Shown here one piece after another: positions 55,329-59,608 of a stretch of DNA of 59,608 nucleotides. Both the position numbers and the translations under genes were made by a program. Every line of letters begins with the position of its first letter. Position 1 is the stretch's first letter. The stretch is taken from positions 1 to 59,608 of the IMG/VR virus record IMGVR_UViG_3300043602_000092; one strand, 5' to 3'. Source of the DNA: a virus. Taxonomy: Duplodnaviria > Caudoviricetes. The notes under the pieces are model-generated. The model did not search any database and was not told the DNA's origin. It saw only the letters and a list, made by a program, of their open reading frames with translations.

Positions 55329-55919
55329 ATGTTCAAGATCGAGTTCGATTATGCAGAGGCATCGAAGGTCGCCACATCGCTGGGCACCGCGGTGGATCAG
55401 ATACCCTACGCGATGGCCCTCGCCCTGAACCGCAGCGCAGACGTAACCCGCAACTTCCTGATCAAGCAGACGTGGCCGGGTGCAGTGCAACAAAGGAACA
55501 GTTCGTTCATTGCCGCATCCCTCACCACCAAGGAAGCAAGGGCAACCAAGACCAGCCTATCCGTCGAGATTTACGACAAGCTCGATAGAGGCAATCTGAA
55601 CATGCAGGCGAAAGGCGGAACCCGCACGCCAAAGGGCGGGTCGAGCCTCGCCATCCCTGCTTCCGACATCAAGCGCACGTCCAAGGGCGTGCCCCAACGC
55701 CTGCGTCCCAAGAACCTGAAAGTGGCGTTCAAAAAGAATGGGTTGCTATACGCACGCGACAAGAAGGGCAGGCTCAAGCTCATGTATGCCCTCAAGGCTG
55801 CGACCAAGATACCAAAGCGCGTGCCATTCGAAGCCGACTTCCATGCCTCGATGCAGAGGGAACTACAACGCACCATCCCCTTGGCTATCGCCCACGCAAT
55901 GAAGACCAGACGCAAGTGA
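55329..55919 (+). CDS. Basic lambda gpZ-like (neck/tail completion) protein
   Basis: QIPYAMALALNRSA; Lys/Arg rich; GGAGG RBS. Confidence 0.65.
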   Translation: MFKIEFDYAEASKVATSLGTAVDQIPYAMALALNRSADVTRNFLIKQTWPGAVQQRNSSFIAASLTTKEARATKTSLSVEIYDKLDRGNLNMQAKGGTRTPKGGSSLAIPASDIKRTSKGVPQRLRPKNLKVAFKKNGLLYARDKKGRLKLMYALKAATKIPKRVPFEADFHASMQRELQRTIPLAIAHAMKTRRK

Positions 55920-56052
55920 GGGGGTGGGTCGGATATGGTCAGGATGATGGCAAGGGATAGGCAGCGCGCCTCACCAGTGCGATAGATCGAAGCGAGAGGG
56001 TCGGATGAGCATCGAAATCAAAACCGCACCCACGGGCGCGGCTGGGCGATCA

Positions 56053-56107
56053 AGGTACTACAAAGGCCTCCTCGTAATGCGGGGACCGCGCGACCGCATA
56101 GTTTTTG
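56053..56107 (+). other. Candidate cos site (cosQ-like plus cosN-like)
   Basis: AGGTACT, 17 nt, then ATGCGG-N11-CCGCAT and AGTTTTTG; layout parallels lambda GGGTCCT..TTACG-GGGCGGCGACCT-CGCGG-GTTTT. Confidence 0.55.
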
Positions 56108-56165
56108 AATATCTGGCCCCGCCTGAAACGGGTTTGGTTTGCAACGCAACAGGGGAGCATGGCCT

Positions 56166-56915
56166 TTGAGCTTGGCGATTGATCGCGACGATGGCCCCGG
56201 ATCGGGCCTCACCTATCGGCCCATTGGCGACCTGAGGGCCTATGCCCGCAATAGCCGCACCCATACTGCGGAACAGGTGCTGGAGATTGCGGGATCAATC
56301 CGGGGATGGGGATGGACCATGCCCGTTCTGGTCGATCCGACCGGGGAGATTATCGCGGGGCACGGGCGGGTGCTGGCGGCGGACCTGATCTATCAGGGCC
56401 GCGACGGCAACCCGGCGGGCACCCTGAGGATGGCGACGGGCGAGGCGATCCCGGCGGGGATGATCCCGGTGCTGATCGCGGCGGGATGGACCCCGGAGCA
56501 GACGCGGGCCTATGTGATTGCGGACAATAAGATCGGTGAGAACGCGGGCTGGGATCAGGAAATCCTCCGGGTCGAGTTGAATGACCTGAGGGAACTTGGT
56601 GTCGATCTGGGCACCTTGGGCTTCGATGAAGCGGACTTGCGGGAACTCGCCATCGGGGTCGAGGCGTTGGGCGCGATGCCGGAACTGAATAGCGGTGAGC
56701 GCTCAGAGTTTCGCGAGATGACATTCGTGCTGCTGGCCGACCAGGCGGACGCAGTTGCCGAGGCGGTGAAGTTGGCGGTCGAGGTGCTGGGTCCGCTGAC
56801 CGATGCGAACCGGAACCAGAACCGGAACGGCAATGGTCTGGCAGAGGTGTGCCGTGCGTATCTGGCGGCGGCCCATGATGACGAACCGGACATGAGGCCG
56901 CGCGACGAGAATTGA
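56166..56915 (+). CDS. ParB/Srx N-terminal domain protein of the DNA-modification-associated type
   Basis: YARNSRTH, GWTMPVLVD, IIAGHGR, YVIADNK; start uncertain. Confidence 0.88.
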   Translation: MSLAIDRDDGPGSGLTYRPIGDLRAYARNSRTHTAEQVLEIAGSIRGWGWTMPVLVDPTGEIIAGHGRVLAADLIYQGRDGNPAGTLRMATGEAIPAGMIPVLIAAGWTPEQTRAYVIADNKIGENAGWDQEILRVELNDLRELGVDLGTLGFDEADLRELAIGVEALGAMPELNSGERSEFREMTFVLLADQADAVAEAVKLAVEVLGPLTDANRNQNRNGNGLAEVCRAYLAAAHDDEPDMRPRDEN

Positions 56916-56936
56916 ACCACAACAGGGAGAAGGCGG

Positions 56937-57110
56937 ATGGCTAAAGTTGAACCCAAGATGACGAAGAATGCGATGGCGGCGGCGATCCTCGCGATGCCCT
57001 ATGGCGAATTGATCAAGGTCGCGGAGCAGTTGGCCGACATCAAACTGTCGCGCCTTGAGACGCGCGAGGATTTTGCAAAGCTCCTGCACGATTGGGCGGA
57101 CGGGCAATGA
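56937..57110 (+). CDS. Hypothetical protein, 57 aa
   Basis: Manual translation MAKVEPK...LLHDWADGQ; ATGA coupled to the Mom-like gene. Confidence 0.65.
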   Translation: MAKVEPKMTKNAMAAAILAMPYGELIKVAEQLADIKLSRLETREDFAKLLHDWADGQ

Positions 57111-57829
57111 CCGCGTTGGTGAATGCCAAGTCGATCAGGCTTGAGCCGATTGAGAAGCGCGATGCCGACGCCTTGGTGAAGCGGGTCCACTATTCGGGCA
57201 AGTATGTTCGGAACTCGTCGCTATCGCTGGGCGTCTTTCTCAACGGTCGCCTTGAAGGCGCGATGCAGTTCGGATCGTCGCTCGACAAGTCGAACGTCAT
57301 AGGTCTGGTGAGGGATACGCCGTGGAATGGATTTCTCGAATTAAACCGGATGGCGTTCAGCGACGTCTTGCCGAGGAACTCCGAAAGCCGCGCGCTGGGG
57401 ATCGCGCTGCGGATGATCAAGAAAAGTTATCCGCACATCGAGTGGGTGGTGAGCTTCGCGGACGCCTGCCAGTGTGGCGACGGGACTATCTATCGAGCCT
57501 CAGGGTTCGTCCTCACCAAGATCAGGGTGAACAAGGACGTGCTGCGATTTCCGGACGGGACCATCGGGCACAAGATGACGCAAGTGACGGGGAAAAATAG
57601 GCTTGCGCACTTCGCGAAGAACGGCGGCCTCTGGTCGGGATCAGGCGATGCGATCCCCGGCTTCATGCTGCGCTATATGTATTTCATCCACCCGACTGCA
57701 CGCGGGCGCCTGACCGTTGCAGAGGTTCCCTTCTCAGAGATAGACGCAAAGGGAGCGGGGATGTACAAGGGCAAGCCGATTGTGCGTGGGAAGCAGGCGA
57801 TGACCGGGCACCACCCGGAACAGCGGTGA
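57107..57829 (+). CDS. Mom-family (GNAT fold) adenine modification enzyme, copy 2
   Basis: HYSGK, LELNRM, PRNSES, VVSFAD, GTIYRASGF, RYMYF. Confidence 0.85.
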   Translation: MTALVNAKSIRLEPIEKRDADALVKRVHYSGKYVRNSSLSLGVFLNGRLEGAMQFGSSLDKSNVIGLVRDTPWNGFLELNRMAFSDVLPRNSESRALGIALRMIKKSYPHIEWVVSFADACQCGDGTIYRASGFVLTKIRVNKDVLRFPDGTIGHKMTQVTGKNRLAHFAKNGGLWSGSGDAIPGFMLRYMYFIHPTARGRLTVAEVPFSEIDAKGAGMYKGKPIVRGKQAMTGHHPEQR

Positions 57830-57853
57830 GGCAGCGACAACCCCCACGCTCCA
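57784..57853 (+). tRNA. Degenerate tRNA-Gly-like element (anticodon ACC)
   Basis: 7-bp acceptor GCGTGGG/CCCACGC, U discriminator, encoded CCA; CCGG/CCGG stem with GC-ACC-AC loop; D and T arms non-canonical. Confidence 0.65.
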
Positions 57854-57865
57854 ATCGGTCTTGAT

Positions 57866-58027
57866 TTACTCGTTGGAAGTGGTGACCTGATCCTTGGGAA
57901 CGCACTTTTCCGAGCCGTCCTGCAAGGTGACGACAACCTGATCCTCGTCGCCGTCCTTGAAGCCTTCGTCGCCTTTCTTGGCGGGGCGTGAGCTTCGGAT
58001 CGGTCGGCCTTGATAGGTCTGTGGCAT
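57866..58027 (-). CDS. Hypothetical protein, 53 aa
   Basis: GGAGG RBS; manual translation MPQTYQGRP... Confidence 0.6.
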   Translation of the reverse strand: MPQTYQGRPIRSSRPAKKGDEGFKDGDEDQVVVTLQDGSEKCVPKDQVTTSNE

Positions 58028-58160
58028 TGTATTTCCTCCGGTTTTCGCAACGGCAGGGGTGCCGTCGCGATCACAACGCGGATGGAACCGGAGAGTTGCA
58101 CCGAGTGCAGTGCGTTCGTGCGTGGTGGTCCTGGGTCCGCCTGGGTCCGCGAAGCACTAT

Positions 58161-58361
58161 TCAGTGCAGACCTTGCTCATCGACAATCTCGCCGTTGCTG
58201 ATCGCGACATGCGCGACACCGCAGTCATGGCGCACGCAGTTGATCTGGATGCCATCCACCGTCAGGCCGACCTCAAGCCGCGCAAAGTCGCGGGCCGATA
58301 TGTCGCGCGGCATCTCCTCAAGGCAGCGGCGGCAGTGCAGGAACGAAACTATTTCTGCCAT
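58161..58361 (-). CDS. Small Zn-binding protein
   Basis: HCRRC and CVRH. Confidence 0.65.
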   Translation of the reverse strand: MAEIVSFLHCRRCLEEMPRDISARDFARLEVGLTVDGIQINCVRHDCGVAHVAISNGEIVDEQGLH

Positions 58362-58594
58362 TGCACCGTTCCCGTCTTGCGGCCATCCGAGCCGTAGACC
58401 GTGGTCGTATTGCCTGAGGTTGTGGAGCGGGCCTGCACCTTGCCATCGGCACCGTAGTAGGTGGTGTGGCCTTGGCTATCGGTGAGTGCGCGACCGGCGT
58501 TGCGGCCATCGGCCCCATAGAATTGCTTCTGTTGCTCTGCCGATGCCGCATCCGATGCGAGCAACAGGAAAGCGACGGCGAGTAGTCTGGTCAT
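58349..58594 (-). CDS. Small secreted protein with three YG(A/S)DG repeats
   Basis: Signal peptide ending ASA; AAGGAG RBS. Confidence 0.7.
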   Translation of the reverse strand: MTRLLAVAFLLLASDAASAEQQKQFYGADGRNAGRALTDSQGHTTYYGADGKVQARSTTSGNTTTVYGSDGRKTGTVQWQK

Positions 58595-59067
58595 GCGAGG
58601 GTTCTCCTTTTGTTGAGCAGCCAATCCTGACCGGCCTCAAGGCCAAGCTCGTAAAGTTTCGGGGCGGTCTTTCGTGCGTAATAGTAGTCGAGCAGGCCAT
58701 AGACCCGGTTGCGGGTGACGGCTCGATGGAGATAGTCCGTTCGGAACGGCACCCCGAAATAGTCGGTGATGTGGCCGTCTGAGTTATCAATGGTCGGATC
58801 GACCACCACGCCTTCCTCGTCAATGCACCATGCGTGATCGAGCGGCACCCCGTGGCAGGAAATCTTGCCCTCGACATAGGTGAGGTGAGGGAAGTCCAGC
58901 GTGAGAAGGGTGGCGTTCTGATAGCACTGCTTCTGCACCATGCGGGGCAGGGCATACGAGTGCGGCCCGATGGGATAGTCGCGGCCATGCTTCAACAGGA
59001 AGGCGGTCGGCGCATTGCCGGGGAAGTGGCGGTCTATCGCCTCAAGGTATTCTCGCAACTGGCTCAT
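58591..59067 (-). CDS. Transglutaminase/papain-like Cys-His-Asp protein
   Basis: QCYQNA, YVEG, HAWC, VVDPT. Confidence 0.65.
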   Translation of the reverse strand: MSQLREYLEAIDRHFPGNAPTAFLLKHGRDYPIGPHSYALPRMVQKQCYQNATLLTLDFPHLTYVEGKISCHGVPLDHAWCIDEEGVVVDPTIDNSDGHITDYFGVPFRTDYLHRAVTRNRVYGLLDYYYARKTAPKLYELGLEAGQDWLLNKRRTLA

Positions 59068-59483
59068 CGTTTCATTCCATGCGGGGCGGGATCGGGCCAC
59101 TTCCAGATCAGTTCGCCATTGAAGGCCATCGTGGGTCGGAGGATGTCACCGGCCTGAATGTGCGCCTCGACATCATTCGCGCCGAGATAGAAGAACGGCG
59201 TCGGCAATTGCGACCGCATCAGGTCGATGGTTTCGCCTGCTTCGCCCACGCCATAGAACAGCGCCGGACCCGCGATCAGGGTTTTGCCGATACTGAAATA
59301 GGATTGCTCCGCAGGCGGCACGAACAGGCCGAACTCATAGACGCAGTAACCGACGCTGCGCGCGAGCATCCCGTGGTCGATGGAGCCGGGATCAAGGCCC
59401 GCCGCGCGCTTCGCGGTATCAATGTCGGGGAAGTCCTGCGTGGACCATGCGCGGTGTTTCGGATTAACGATCACATATTTCAT
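59064..59483 (-). CDS. DUF3846-like hypothetical protein
   Basis: VYEFGL, IAGPALFYG..GETIDL; GGAGG RBS. Confidence 0.6.
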   Translation of the reverse strand: MKYVIVNPKHRAWSTQDFPDIDTAKRAAGLDPGSIDHGMLARSVGYCVYEFGLFVPPAEQSYFSIGKTLIAGPALFYGVGEAGETIDLMRSQLPTPFFYLGANDVEAHIQAGDILRPTMAFNGELIWKWPDPAPHGMKR

Positions 59484-59608
59484 CTGGCCCTCCATCGACA
59501 ACCGTCACATTGGTGACTTTCAATTCGACAACCTCGACGCCCTCCATGAGGCATTCGCCGCAGTTGATGCGCGGGGCGGTCTTATCGACCACCGTGTTAC
59601 TGATTGCG
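59482..59608. repeat. Terminal direct repeat (copy 2)
   Basis: Identical to 1-127. Confidence 0.95.

Noticed and set aside
57784-57853. Reading the element as tRNA-Trp (CCA) or as an attP remnant
   Set aside because: A 7-nt loop centres ACC and the acceptor carries Gly identity; no integrase is present and the T arm is unlike a host tRNA.
59482-59608. 127-bp terminal repeat as a biological DTR
   Set aside because: 127 is a common assembler k-mer, the repeat falls inside a gene, and a cos candidate lies elsewhere.

Overview
The window is an apparently complete, circularly assembled tailed-phage genome of about 59,481 bp (1-127 is repeated exactly at 59482-59608). It is GC-rich, and the host is probably an alphaproteobacterium (GcrA-like, GapR-like and PEP-CTERM genes). 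Layout: a lambda-type head (Nu1/gpA terminase, gpW, portal, ClpP-type protease, gpD, gpE), a Mu-type contractile tail and baseplate, mosaic fibre genes, lysis genes, a leftward RecE/RecT arm, a rightward arm (Cro, GcrA, RuvC, primase, helicase, C5-methyltransferase), a lambda-like cos candidate near 56.08 kb, and then about 10 kb of modification and accessory genes that wrap across the junction to terS. I found no integrase or CI repressor. Top observation: a degenerate 70-nt tRNA-Gly-like element (GCG...CGC-U-CCA acceptor, ACC anticodon, broken D and T arms) overlaps the 3' end of a Mom-family DNA-modification gene. It may be a dedicated, non-ribosomal glycine donor for adenine hypermodification. 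Other notable items: a split C5-methyltransferase with its second subunit nested in the +1 frame, five copies of a structured intergenic element, an 18-bp operator/promoter motif, two large structured non-coding regions, a phage PEP-CTERM protein and a peptide-modification gene set. All calls come from reading the sequence and motifs by eye; no searches or folding programs were run.
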